Source: Haliotis rubra (Eukaryota). Taken from it: a stretch of 64,000 bases of DNA. Made by a program: the position numbers and the translations under genes. The notes beneath the pieces were generated by a model, which ran no database searches, was not told the origin of the DNA, and worked only from the letters and a program-made list of their open reading frames with translations. Where the stretch lies: NCBI RefSeq assembly GCF_003918875.1, contig NW_025766337.1:186001-250000 (forward strand). Reading direction: 5' to 3'. Positions 1 through 12,573 of the stretch are shown piece after piece. The number at the start of each line of letters is the position of its first letter. Position 1 is the stretch's first letter.

Positions 1-1200
1 AACAGTAGGCATCCGTCTGACAATCACCGGACACGCCCTGCTGGAAGAGGAAGATATAGATATAACAGTAGGTGTCCGTCAGACAATCACCGGACACGCC
101 CTGCTGGAAGAGGAAGATATAGATATAACAGTAGGTGTATGTCAGACATTCACCAGACACGCCCTGCTGGAAGAGGAAGATATAGATATAACAGTAGGTG
201 TATGTCAGACAATCACCGGACACGCCCTGCTGGAAGAGGAAGGTATAGATATAACGGTAGGTGTATGTCAGACAATCACCAGACACGCCCTGCTGGAAGA
301 GGAAGATATAGATATAACAGTAGGTGTATCTCAGACAATCACCGGACACGCCCTGCTGGAAGAGGAAGGTATAGATATAACGGTAGGTGTATGTCAGACA
401 ATCACCGGACACGCCCTGCTGGAAGAGGAAGGTATAGATATAACAGTAGGTGTCCGTCAGACAATCACCGGACACGCCCTGCTGGAAGAGGAAGATATAG
501 ATATAACTGTAGGTGTCTGTCAGACAATCACCAGACACGCCCTGCTGGAAGAGGAAGATATAGATATAACAGTAGGTGTATCTCAGACAATCACCGGACA
601 CGCCCTGCTGGAAGAGGAAGGTATAGATATAACGGTAGGTGTATGTCAGACAATCACCGGACACGCCCTGCTGGAAGAGGAAGGTATAGATATAACAGTA
701 GGCATCCGTCAGACAATCACCGGACACGCCCTGCTGGAAGAGGAAGATATAGATATAACAGTAGGTGTCTGTCAGACAATCACCGGACACGCCCTGCTGG
801 AAGAGGAACATATAGATATAACAGTAGGTGTCTGTCTGACAATCACCGGACACGCCCTGCTGGAAGAGGAAGGTATAGATATAACAGTAGGTGTCTGTCA
901 GACAATCACCGGACACGCCCTGCTGGAAGAGGAACATATAGATATAACAGTAGGTGTCTGTCAGACAATCACCGGACACGCCCTGCTGGAAGAGGAAGAC
1001 ATAGATATAACAATAGGTGTCTGTCAGACAATCACCGGACACGTCCTGCTGGAAGAGGAAGATATAGATATAACAATAGGTATCTGTCAGACAATCACCG
1101 GACACGCCCTGCTGGAAGAGGAAGACATAGATATAACAGTAGGTTTCTGTCAGACAATCACCGGACACGCCCTGCTGGAAGAGGAAGATATAGATATAAC
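1..1200. repeat. 63-bp tandem repeat (~19 copies) containing a minus-strand splice acceptor plus exon start
   Basis: Unit aacagtaggtgtctgtcagacaatcaccggacacgccctgctggaagaggaagatatagatat; the minus strand reads tatcttcctcttccag|CAG GGC GTG TCC GGT GAT TGT ... (QGVSGDCxxxxYC). Confidence 0.95.
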
Positions 1201-1418
1201 GTATATAGACGTATAAATATAGGTACATGTGGACGTAGAGATATAGGTAGATGTAAACGTATAAATATAGATGCATATAAACGTATAAATATAAGTACAT
1301 ATATATGTTTAAACATAGATACATATGAACGTATAAATATAGATTCATATAAACGTAAAAATATAGGTACATATAGACTGCTTCCATGCGGCTTTTATTC
1401 CAAACAGGAGTGGGGAGA

Positions 1419-1582
1419 GTGAGTGAGTGAGTTGGCTTTTACGCCGCTTTTAGCAATATTCCAACAATAACATGGCGGGGGACACCAGAAATGGACTTCA
1501 CATTATGTCCATGCGGGCAATCGAAGCCGAGTCTTTGGCACGACGAGCAAACGCTTTAACCACTAGGCTAACCCACTCCCCG
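1419..1582 (-). mobile_element. tRNA-derived SINE (family A)
   Basis: (gagt)n tail, ttttacgccgcttttagcaatattcc body, tRNA-like head. Confidence 0.85.
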
Positions 1583-1616
1583 GAGTGGGGAATCACTACC
1601 ATATCCTTCAATATGC

Positions 1617-1728
1617 AGGGCGGTGGGGGCTCACAGAGGTTGCTCGCTCACCCGGGTTCGATTCCCCACGTGGGTGCAATGTTTGAAGCCATTTTCTGAT
1701 GCCCCCTCGTGATATTGATGGAATATTG
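1617..1728 (+). mobile_element. SINE family A, degenerate
   Basis: B-box cccgggttcgattcccc and gaagcccatttt body. Confidence 0.75.
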
Positions 1729-1878
1729 AATGGATAAACGAGAAGGTATAATATATTACAATCACGTCACCCTAACTGTATCCAACTCCCACCTAGCTAC
1801 AGTTACGCCGTGTCAACAGCACACTTCCCCTATATATACGTAATAGTAGATCAAATGTAAAGAGCGTTCAATACTTAC

Positions 1879-1923
1879 AATGGCGGCGAGAGCTACAGTT
1901 GTGAGGATCAGGTAGAGCTCCAT
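1879..1923 (-). CDS. Signal-peptide exon 1 of a secreted cysteine-rich peptide gene, probable prokineticin-like paralog; gene continues left of the window
   Basis: ATG at 1923 gives MELYLILTTVALAAI followed by a gtaagt donor (phase 0); splices in frame to QGVSGDC-x5-C in the 63-bp repeat, matching the C-x5-C start of the 6307 gene. Confidence 0.7.
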
Positions 1924-2702
1924 GCTGACAAGTTTGGGACTGAAATGAAAATCCTCTCCGCGTCAGCTATTTGTACCCCTAATGATTGATGGATTACCCC
2001 CGAGCACCTGTCACTCAAACTTCTCTGTGTGTCACGTTATCACACATAACACTTCTAAGGGAGTTATTTCTATATCAACCCTTCCCATTCGAGAATTAAT
2101 TGTGGTGTGATAAAGCTAATTAGTCCAACAGGGAAGTATACCTCTGTAACTCATAACTATAAACATCTATTTATGACAGTTTCGAATGGTTTTAATTACC
2201 CGAGATGGCGGTTTATGGGTGACATCTACCTGAACATCATTAGGTATCAATGTTTTGTTTTCTCATAAAATATATTCTAAATGAATCAACTGTTCATTAT
2301 TCTCTTTGTGTTGAGAATCGTTATGAATTCTTTTAATTTCTTGAACAGGACTACCACTTGCGCGTCAAAATCTTGGTTCAGTATGAAAATAAATGCTGAA
2401 ATGTTTCCACTGTCCAGAGACGAACGTCGTTTGCAATGTGTCACGTTTTATCACTGCCTATTTTGTCAGGTTACTGATCTTGACGTGATCCCAGGGTGTC
2501 ACTGGGCCAGACGGTCTTAACTACCGGTACACTCAAGCTAAATTAACACAGATATTTGAATGTTCTTGTCAAAGAAGGAACACAAACACCCATATGAAAA
2601 ATGATCGAATATTTCCAAGAATATTTTTGTTGAAAAATGCTACCTCGTTACATGAAAATCTTTGTAGAACAAAGCCGTAAAGAGTATCATGTGGACTTTG
2701 TC

Positions 2703-2803
2703 AGGGGCTCCTTTCACGAAGCGACCTTTACTAAGGTTAACCTTTACTCCCAGTCTTTAACATTACACTTACAATCACCTTAGTGCTTTGTGAAAGGAGG
2801 CCC
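2703..2803. mobile_element. ~100-bp MITE-like element
   Basis: Imperfect TIRs ggggctcctttcacgaagc / gctttgtgaaaggaggccc. Confidence 0.55.
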
Positions 2804-3931
2804 AGGTCACCAGATGAGTTAAACTTGTCATCTGACCAAACAAAAACAAAAACAAAAACAACCAAATATTTCAATATATTGATTATATATTTTCATAAGA
2901 GAAAACTTTTCACGTACTTTATTGAGCAAGAAGTATATTATATTTTTTTGTGTGTTCTATTTATTTCGTGCACATTTCCAGGATCTTCTTTGAGAAGAGC
3001 ACTTCACTGAAGCAGATTGAAACAAGTTGATAATAAAGTGTTATTTCACCTGATCATAAGCGACATATCCAGTTTATATTTTCAGACAGTTTGTCATACA
3101 GACCCTGAAACGAGTATACCTAATACTGCAGCCCATGAAGTCTCCGGGTTCCATTTTATTATTTTTATGACTATCATTTAGGAATAGTTTTTTCTGTAAA
3201 ATATGTTCATTACAGACACTAGCTGTTTGACTAAATTTCAGATGACAGCATTTTGTAATCACCACATTTACAATACACTTAATATTCGAGTCTGGTCGAA
3301 AAATATTTGAAATTAATCAACGCTGATTTTATGGGAGTAATATCTGCGGAACTGTTTATTATAACCTCGAGGAATGAAGCCACGGGCGACACGAGGACAA
3401 AATGCACATTCCTAAATAAAATACGAAAACGCGTGAGGTTCTCCATTCATTGTAAACACGCCGGAAAATGACGTCATCATGTTCTTACCGGCACATATGA
3501 CCATCAGGGGTTCGTCTTAACCTGTCATCTTGTTTACGTCAATTTCATACACCTGTCAATCAAACTAGGTTGCCCCAGGCAACTGCAAGTGACGCATGTT
3601 CTCGCAAGTATGCATATTCTGTTACATCTTCACAAGGATGGGTTTTATCTTGTGGCAAACAACCTCTTCTGCATTTTGATTTTAGATATAACAGTTTAAA
3701 CACTTTGTTGACATGTCGCATTTCTCGATTTAATATTTTGGTACGTTTAGAAGGTGAAGCTAAACAACGGTTATGATTATCACTTCCGGGTCAAAGTTTA
3801 TCCCATCTGTGACAGGTGATTGATGGAGCGTAGACTGGATGGTAAGTGTTTCCGATTTCAGGCGACGAAACAGGTGTGTGTTCAAGAAACAAAACACGTG
3901 TGGGAACACATGGACGTGTGATGATTAAGTG

Positions 3932-5338
3932 AACTATTCACCACAATCACTTATAGTGTGGGGCCAATCAACCAATCTCTGCAAATATGTGTTTTTAATA
4001 CTATTCACCACAATCACTTATAGTGTGGGGCCAATCAACCAATCTCTGCAAATATATGTTTTTAAAACTATTCACCACAATCACTTATAGTGTGGGGCCA
4101 ATCAACCAATCTCTGCAAATATATGTTTTAAATACTATTCACCACAATGACTTATAGTGTGGGGCCAATCAACCAATCTCTGCAAATATATGTTTTAAAT
4201 ACTATTCACCACAATGACTTATAGTGTGGGGCCAATCAACCAATCTCTGCAAATATATGTTTTAAATACTATTCACCACAATGACTTATAGTGTGGGGCC
4301 AATCAACCAATCTCTGCAAATATATGTTTTAAATACTATTCACCACAATGACTTATAGTGTGGGGCCAATCAACCAATCTCTGCAAATATATGTTTTAAA
4401 TACTATTCACCACAATGACTTATAGTGTGGGGCCAATCAACCAATCTCTGCAAATATATGTTTTAAATACTATTCACCACAATGACTTATAGTGTGGGGC
4501 CAATCAACCAATCTCTGCAAATATGTGTTTTAATACTATTCACCACAATCACTTATAGTGTGGGGCCAATCAACCAATCTCTGCAAATATATGTTTTTAA
4601 TACTATTCACCACAATCACTTATAGTGTGGGGCCAATCAACCAATCTCTGCAAATATATGTTTTAAATACTATTCACCACAATCACTTATAGTGTGGGGC
4701 CAATCAACCAATCTCTGCAAATATATGTTTTAAATACTATTCACCACAATGACTTATAGTGTGGGGCCAATCAACCAATCTCTGCAAATATATGTTTTAA
4801 ATACTATTCACCACAATGACTTATAGTGTGGGGCCAATCAACCAATCTCTGCAAATATATGTTTTAAATACTATTCACCACAATGACTTATAGTGTGGGG
4901 CCAATCAACCAATCTCTGCAAATATATGTTTTAAATACTATTCACCACAATGACTTATAGTGTGGGGCCAATCAACCAATCTCTGCAAATATATGTTTTA
5001 AATACTATTCACCACAATGACTTATAGTGTGGGGCCAATCAACCAATCTCTGCAAATATGTGTTTTTAATACTATTCACCACAATCACTTATAGTGTGGG
5101 GCCAATCAACCAATCTCTGCAAATATATGTTTTAAATACTATTCACCACAATCACTTATAGTGTGGGGCCAATCAACCAATCTCTGCAAATATGTGTTTT
5201 TAATACTATTCACCACAATCACTTATAGTGTGGGGCCAATCAACCAATCTCTGCAAATATATGTTTTCAATACTATTCACCACAATCACTTATAGTGTGG
5301 GGCCAATCAACCAATCTCTGCAAATATGTGTTTTTAAT
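3932..5338. repeat. 67-bp tandem repeat (~21 copies), two CCAAT motifs per unit
   Basis: Unit actattcaccacaatgacttatagtgtggggccaatcaaccaatctctgcaaatatatgttttaaat. Confidence 0.95.
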
Positions 5339-6306
5339 AGAAACAAATTACACCATGTGTTTTGTAAGGGATCCCAGGAGTAATGGGACATTCACGAGTG
5401 GAACATTTAGACTTGCTTCAATTAGGTCTTTTATACTACAGAAAAGGGGTTGGCGGAAGACAAAATATAGGTCATGGACTCGAGACAGATTGCATCACAG
5501 GAAAATCAGAATTTGACATCAATACCACACTAGATATATATATAGAATAAATTACCCCTGATATCCATTGATAACAAGGGGAAAGACACCTATTTGTGTC
5601 GTGCGCCGATAATGAGACTAAAACGAGCAGGAGAAGGTCCAGACTCAAGTTGTTTGAAAATAACGTCGCACAGTAGCATTATTGTTTAAACAAATATATG
5701 CTCATGGTATAGTCGAAGTTGTACAATCGACTCTGATTTTAGCAGATAGTTCTTATGAATGTGGAAAGGGTCTTGTCGCTTCTACTGTTATGGTTCTACG
5801 TATGTATGATAACAGGGGCGGATACAGCTTTTTGCACACTGTTGAGAAAAGGAGGGGTGCACAATATTTTACCCCTACACCTCCCTCTGGATCCGCCTAT
5901 GGATAAATAGGTAATGGTTCTGTGGAATTGGGTTGGTTGAACCTCACTGATGACCTCCAGTAAATTACTTTTGTAACGAACGCCGTTATAATGAAGGGGC
6001 GGTTATTACGAACTTTTTTGGTCCCGGTTACTTCCGAACTACGGTTATGACGACATAAGTGTTCTCTTTGAGTCTGTGAGAGTTTGCGGCATATGATTAT
6101 TATAATAGCTATTATGACTGTTATAATACATAGCTGAAACACCTGTGTACATGCAGCATACGTTTCCCTGCAAGTGACCTGGCCCAGTTCGACTGTAAAC
6201 TCTGTGACACAAGCCTGTTGTTATCAGTTATGACGTCACGCGTGACATAAGTGCAATATACCACGCACAGGAAGGATAAACGTGGATTATATCACAACCC
6301 ATCGCC

Positions 6307-6336
6307 ATGTTGATGTTTATTGTTCTCGTTTTGGCG
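6307..6336 (+). CDS. Prokineticin-like gene exon 1 (signal peptide)
   Basis: gccATG MLMFIVLVLA|gtaagt. Confidence 0.75.
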
Positions 6337-9300
6337 GTAAGTTTAATAACCAACGCAGTGAATGAGTTTACATGAACTATATAACATTACAATCAACGAA
6401 GACTGTTGTTTAATGTATCAACAATCTTTCTTTTTTCAGTTTTCAGAATTTTTTCAAATAGTGCATGTTCATTTAAATATGTTGTTATAATCTGTCAACA
6501 ACTGAATCTGAACTAGAAAAACTAGTGGTTGATATATATGAAACTTTTTTCCCTTACACCAAGCCCTTAAAGTAATGTCATAGCCCTCAATTCAGCAAGT
6601 CTCGATGTTCCACAGATTCTGAATCGATATTCCCAATTGTGTTTTGTCCTAACAAACTTATACAATTTCCGAGACTAAGCGAGACCAACCTAGCCCCTTA
6701 AACCACTGAATTCAGAAGCAGTGAAGATCGCGTAACATGACAGCCAAAGATACTGATAAGCAAGTATTCGCTTCAAAGAGCATGACCATAATGATTGACC
6801 TGAAAGTTGAAATTGATAAAAACTCATTAATATGAGGGGTCACATCTGAAGCAGGGTTGTTTGCGTCACATATGTGTCACGAAGTTCCAATATGGCTTCG
6901 AGGGGAGGCAGGCGAGATGACCCGTGACAGTAGACTACAGTGGTACTAACCACGTACAGACAGACTGCAAATGGTGCCGTACATACCAATAACTCTCTGT
7001 TTACACATACAACAAAATACGGCTACCATGAATGAGTGAAATACCCGACACTGATAGTCCCTCCTAATTAAAAAATAAACTGCTGGGTCCCATGCAAAAG
7101 ATATAGCCTACACAATGCTTGACGGCCAGGATATATAGCCTACACAATGCTTGACAGTCAGGATATATAGCCTACACAATGCTTGACAGTCAGGATATAT
7201 AGCCTACACAATGCTTGACGGCCAGGAGATATAGCCTACACAATGCTTGACAGTCAGGATATATAGCCTACACAATGCTTGACGGTCGGAAGATATAGCC
7301 TACACAATGCTTGACAGTCAGGAGATATAGCCTACACAATGCTTGACGGCCAGGAGATATAGCCTACACAATGCTTGACAGTCAGGATATATAGCCTACA
7401 CAATGCTTGACGGTCGGAAGATATAGCCTACACAATGCTTGACAGTCAGGAGATATAGCCTACACAATGCTTGACGGCCAGGAGATATAGCCTACACAAT
7501 GCTTGACAGTCAGGATATATAGCCTACACAATGCTTGACGGTCGGAAGATATAGCCTACACAATGCTTGACAGTCAGGAGATATAGCCTACACAATGCTT
7601 GACGGCCAGGAGATATAGCCTACACAATGCTTGACAGTCAGGATATATAGCCAAACGGCACATAAGGGTGAAATGGTACAGATCCTTATTATTGTTAAAA
7701 TTACAATAAGTACCCTTTCAGACTTTGCAATTTTTTTATGTCTCTCGGTATCAATAATTAGCCTTGTACATCCAATCTAGAAAGCGTCCTCGTGCTTTAA
7801 CCATAATAGTTCAAGGAGAAAGTGTGCTTTATTACACTATATATGGTGGTAGAGCCAACTATAGTTCTTAAACATTTCGTAAGTCTTTCGTGGAAGTGGA
7901 TTAGGTGGTATGAGAAGTAGTTTTAGTCAATATTTAATGCACCTCACCGAACTATCTATAAACAATGGGTACCGTCCACATTCCCAAGAGCCATCACATT
8001 AAGAGTGTCTATGCCTGTACCAAGATACGAGGGGAGGTAAAAACGTTTTGAGAACTCACTACCTAAAGTTGTGAAACAGCTATGCCGCCGGTAGTATTGC
8101 ATACATTGATCATTCATGACATACCCGTGAACGTTTCAACACCTCGCAAAACCCAGTATTAATATTGAGATAACTGGACGAGAGATACCCAACTGATATC
8201 ATGGAGAATTCTAAAACTGAGTACAGAGCTGTAGTTCATGTCCTCACACTAGAGGGCGCCAACGCAAGCAGAATCCACAAGTACAGTCCTGACCCGGCAC
8301 CCAGTGATTATAACCTGTTTCGAAATTTGAAGTGTCACTTTCCTGAAAGACGATTTGCCTATAATGAGTGAGTGAGTTTAGTTTTACGCCGCACTCAGCA
8401 ATATTCCAGCTGTATGAAAATAATCGAGTTTGGACCAGACAATCCAGTCAGTAGCAGCATGAGCATCGATCTGCGCAATTGAGCACCGATGACATGTGTC
8501 AACCAAGTCAGCGAGCCTGAACACCCGATCCCGTTAGTCGCCTCTTACGACAAGCATGGCTTACTGAAGATAAATATCCTTACCCGGACGGGTATTGCCA
8601 ATGATGAACTCAAGGCTACAACAGAATGTCGGTTAAGGGACCAGTCAAAAGACTTCAACTTCCAGGGCATTGCCACCATGCAACACAAATGCGTAAAGTC
8701 ACAACAAAAGTGTATTGAACTGAAGGGGAGACTATAGTGACAAATAAAAGTTCGAAACCTGCTCTGACTTTTAACTGTATATTAAGTTCTCAAAACGTGT
8801 TGACCTCCCCTCGTAGTGTGTTAACAATGTGTTATCCTCAGGTCGCGGTGGACAGCCAGAATCAGTGTGCATCCTCCTCCAACTGTCCGGCGGACCAGTG
8901 CTGTGTGGTCATCGTCACCAGGCGGTCGGCGGAGGTGGACAGCAGAGCCCTGACTCTGGGAGTATGTCAGCAGATTGGCGTCGACGGGTCCAGTATGTAT
9001 GGCCAGCTTCTATGCATCCTTCAGTGTTGACTGCAAAGTGGATATTACCGCCAGGTTCTCAGGGACGAGTGAGGGAATTTAGTATTACCACGCTTTTAGC
9101 AATATTCCAGCAATGTCACGACAGGGAAGACACCAGAAATGGCCTACAAACATGTCTAGGATGACTTGGGACTCGGATGATTGTGTCTGTGGTGACTTGG
9201 GACTCGGATGACTGTTTCTAGGATGACTTGGCACTTGGATGATTGTGTCTAGGATGACTTGGATGATTGTGTCCAGGATGTGTGGGCATGATTTCCTGTC

Positions 9301-11946
9301 TGGTAAGATAGGCGTGTCTATGATGATTGTGGGACAAAGAGGATCGTGTCTGTGGTGACTTGGGACTCGGATGATTGTTTCTAGGATAACTTGGGACTCG
9401 GATGATTGTGTCTTGGGTGACTTGGGACTCGGATGATTGTGTCTTGGGTGACTTGGGACTCGGATGACTGTGTCTGTGGTGACTTGGGACTCGGATGATT
9501 GTGTCTGTGGTGACTTGAGACTCGGATGACTGTGTCTAGGATGACTTGGCACTTGGATGATTGTGTCTAGGATGACTTGGGACTCGGATGATTGTGTCTT
9601 GGATGACTTGGGCCTCGGATGATTGTGTCTAGGATGACTTGGGACTCGGATGATTGTGTCTTGGGTAAGTTGGTACTCGGATGATTGTGTCTAGGATGAC
9701 TTGGGACTCGGATGATTGTGTCTGTGGTGACTTGGGACTCGGATGACTGTGTCTAGGATGACTTGGCACTTGGATGATTGTGTCTAGGATGACTTGGGAC
9801 TCGGATGATTGTGTCCAGGATGTTTGGGCATGATTTCCTGTCTGGTAAGATAGGCGTGTCTATGATGATTGTGGGACAAAGAGGATCGTGTCTGTGGTGA
9901 CTTGGGACTCGGATGATTGTTTCTAGGATAACTTGGGACTCGGATGATTGTGTCTGGGTGACTTGGGACTCGGATGATTGTGTCTTGGGTGACTTGGGAC
10001 TCGGATGACAGTGTCTGTGGTGACTTGGGACTCGGATGATTGTGTCTGTGGTGACTTGAGACTCGGATGACTGTGTCTAGGATGACTTGGCACTTGGATG
10101 ATTGTGTCTAGGATGACTTGGGACTCGGATGATTGTGTCCAGGATGACTTGGGACTCGGATGATTGTGTCTAGGATGACTTGGGACTCGGATGATTGTGT
10201 CTTGGGTAAGTTGGTACTCGGATGATTCTGTCTAGGATGACTTGGGACTCGGATGATTGTGTCTAGGATGACTTTGGACTCGGATGATTGTGTCTAGGAT
10301 GACTTGGGACTCGGATGATTGTGTCTAGGATGACTTGGGACTCGGATGATTGTGTCTTTGGTAAGTTGGGACTCGGATGATTGTGTCTTGGGTTACTTGG
10401 GACTCGGATGATTGTGTCTGTGGTGACTTGGGACTCGGATGATTGTGTCTTGGGTAACTTGGGACTCGGATGATTGTGTCTAGGATGACTTGGCACTTGG
10501 ATGATTGTGTTATGGGTGACTTGGGACCCAGATGATTGTGTCTGTGGTGACTTGCGACTCGGATGATTGTGTCTTGGATGACTTGGGACTCATATGAATG
10601 TGTCTAGGATGAATTGGTACTAGCATGATTGTGTCTAGGACTTTGGACTCATATGAATGTGTCTAGGATGAACTTGGTACTCGGAGGATCGTGTCTGTGC
10701 TGACTTGTTTCTAGGATAATTTGGGACTCGGATGACTGTGTCTTGGGTAACTTGGGACTTGGATGATTGTGTCTGTGGTGACTTTGGACTCGGATGATTG
10801 TGTCTTGGGTGACTTGGTACTCGGATGATTGTGTCTAGGATAACTTGGTACTCGGATGACTGTGTCTAGGATGACTTCGGACTCGGATGATTGTGTCTTG
10901 GGTAACTTGGTACTCGGATGATTGTGTCTAGGATAACTTGGTACTCGGATGACTGTGTCTAGGATGACTTCGGACTCGGATGATTGTGTCTTGGGTAACT
11001 TGGGACTCAGATGATTGTGTCTAGGATGACTTGGGACTCGGATGATTGTGTCTTGGATAACTTGGGACCCGGACGATTGTGTCTTGGGTAACTTAGGACT
11101 CAGATGATTATGTGATTGTTTCCTAGTGTAGCCAAGGCACAAAATAATGGCTAAAGAGTCACCCTGACCCTATGTAATGTCGTCATAAGCATTCTAAAAG
11201 ACACTCCTGCATCAATACATACAACCACAAGTTCACAGCGATAAAGCAGACATGTATATACAGAAATAGTGTCTACTGCTTATGTTGTAGAGATAAGGTA
11301 AGATTAGAATGTCGGCACATTGGAAAAGTCAGATTCTTTCAAAGTAGTCATGGCACTTTTTGTCTTTTTCTTTAATTTTGCAAAACACTTCCTCCGAAAC
11401 ATGCCCTTATGATAGCATGTCCTTTAGACTGGGTCTGTTTACTGACTGTGTCGGCTGACAATATCAGCAGGTGAGCTACAGGGCTCATGGTTATACTGCT
11501 GTGGTCATGTATTCTTCAGACTGCTTCATGGCATCCAACGCCCGACCTGACGGCAAGTACAACCTCCAGTGTCCCTGTAGGGCCGATCATCACTGTCTCT
11601 GGAATGGGTTCTTCTCCAAAGGAGGGAGTACCGGTAATATCCCATAATCTTTCCAGCAAATATCACACCAGAAATGGGCTTTAGACGTTGTACCCTTGTG
11701 AGGAATCGAACCCACGTCTTTGGCATGACGAGAGAACGCTTTAACCACTAAAGTGGAGGCAGAAAGCCTATTAACAAGAATATCATTTTTGCAACTCACT
11801 ATCGCAATATCAAACTCAGTTCTTTACAACCAGGCTACTGTCGACCCGGAAGTGCTGTTCCACTGCTGACCCCTGACCTCAATCCAACAGCCAAACAGAG
11901 CACGACCCCACCCCCTTTCGCCATTCCCACCCCAATGGTTGGCTAG
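6307..11946 (+). CDS. Secreted 10-cysteine prokineticin/colipase-fold (astakine/MIT-like) peptide; join(6307..6336,8842..8992,11520..11633,11834..11946)
   Basis: GT-AG introns with consistent phases 0/1/1. Protein MLMFIVLVLAVAVDS-QNQCASSSNCPADQCCVVIVTRRSAEVDSRALTLGVCQQIGVDGSNCFMASNARPDGKYNLQCPCRADHHCLWNGFFSKGGSTGYCRPG...PTPMVG*; pattern C-x5-C-x4-CC...C...C...CPC...C...C; AATAAA at 11976. Confidence 0.85.
7100..7652. repeat. 32-bp minisatellite (17 units) with a 4-unit higher-order repeat
   Basis: Unit atatagcctacacaatgcttgac(agtc/ggcc/ggtc)agga; variants cycle every 128 bp. Confidence 0.95.
8028..8813 (+). mobile_element. Internally deleted mariner DNA transposon
   Basis: TA target duplications; TIRs cgaggggaggt / acctcccctcg; transposase relics EYRAVVHVLTLEG and YSPDPAPSDYNLFRNLK (mariner YSPDLAPSDY motif). 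Confidence 0.88.
8365..8592 (-). mobile_element. SINE family B nested in the mariner
   Basis: gagtgagt tail, ggaccagacaatccagt and ttagtcgcctcttacgacaagcatgg motifs. Confidence 0.85.
8842..8992 (+). CDS. Prokineticin-like gene exon 2
   Basis: cctcag|VAVDSQNQC...GVDGS|gtatgt. Confidence 0.85.
9157..11112. repeat. 31-bp minisatellite filling intron 2 of the prokineticin-like gene; abuts a truncated SINE-A (9068-9155)
   Basis: Unit ctaggatgacttgggactcggatgattgtgt; an ~540-bp block duplication is marked by a non-unit insert at ~9275 and ~9815. Confidence 0.95.
11520..11633 (+). CDS. Prokineticin-like gene exon 3
   Basis: ttcttcag|NCFMASN...QCPC...HCLW...ST|gtaata. Confidence 0.85.
11834..11946 (+). 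CDS. Prokineticin-like gene exon 4 (last Cys plus Pro/Thr-rich tail)
   Basis: acaaccag|GYCRPGSAVPLLTPDLNPTAKQSTTPPPFAIPTPMVG*. Confidence 0.8.
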
Positions 11947-12283
11947 CAACTTTATGTATCTCGCAACATCACAGTAATAAAACTGTTAAACATTGGGAAT
12001 TCACATTAGTCTAAAGTTATTTATTCCCAACAACAAAAGAATAAAGTTGTCAAATGTGTTTGATCAAGGCAACTCTGCAGTATGCCGCCTGCCTGTTGAT
12101 AATCGCGTCTGGCCATGGCAGACCAATAGTTTTCATATATGTGTGCAACAATCCATAAGTTGATGGGGCACCTGTGTTAAACTGCACCATATATCTGTGG
12201 GCTAGCACTATAAGTCTATCGCTAACCCGGACAGGTTAGTCATACTCAATAACCCCCTCACCTGTGTGATGACAGATCCCATG

Positions 12284-12573
12284 CAGTGTGCGAAATAGTT
12301 TCCAAATTTTGCTAACCAGTCAGCCTAGCTATGCCTGAAAGGTACTAGCTCACAAAATAATTCACTATCCCGTAGACACAGGTTTCATCATGCTGGATTG
12401 CATGCTTCTTGCATGATTTAAAAGTGTATTATAACTCGGAGAGAGTGATATATTTACAAAATGACCCCATGAAAATTCACTAGACAGTCGGGCCAGTGGC
12501 TGTTGAGATTTACTGGCCTGCCTGGATTTTTACTAGCCGTGGGCTAGCTGGCATGTGACTATTCTGCACATTG
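12284..12573. mobile_element. hAT-type MITE
   Basis: TIRs cagtgtgcgaaatag / ctattctgcacattg; 8-bp TSD atcccatg on both sides. Confidence 0.8.

Noticed and set aside
139-1422. 427-aa plus-strand Arg-rich ORF
   Set aside because: Translation of the 63-bp repeat; the meaningful signal (acceptor plus exon start) is on the minus strand.
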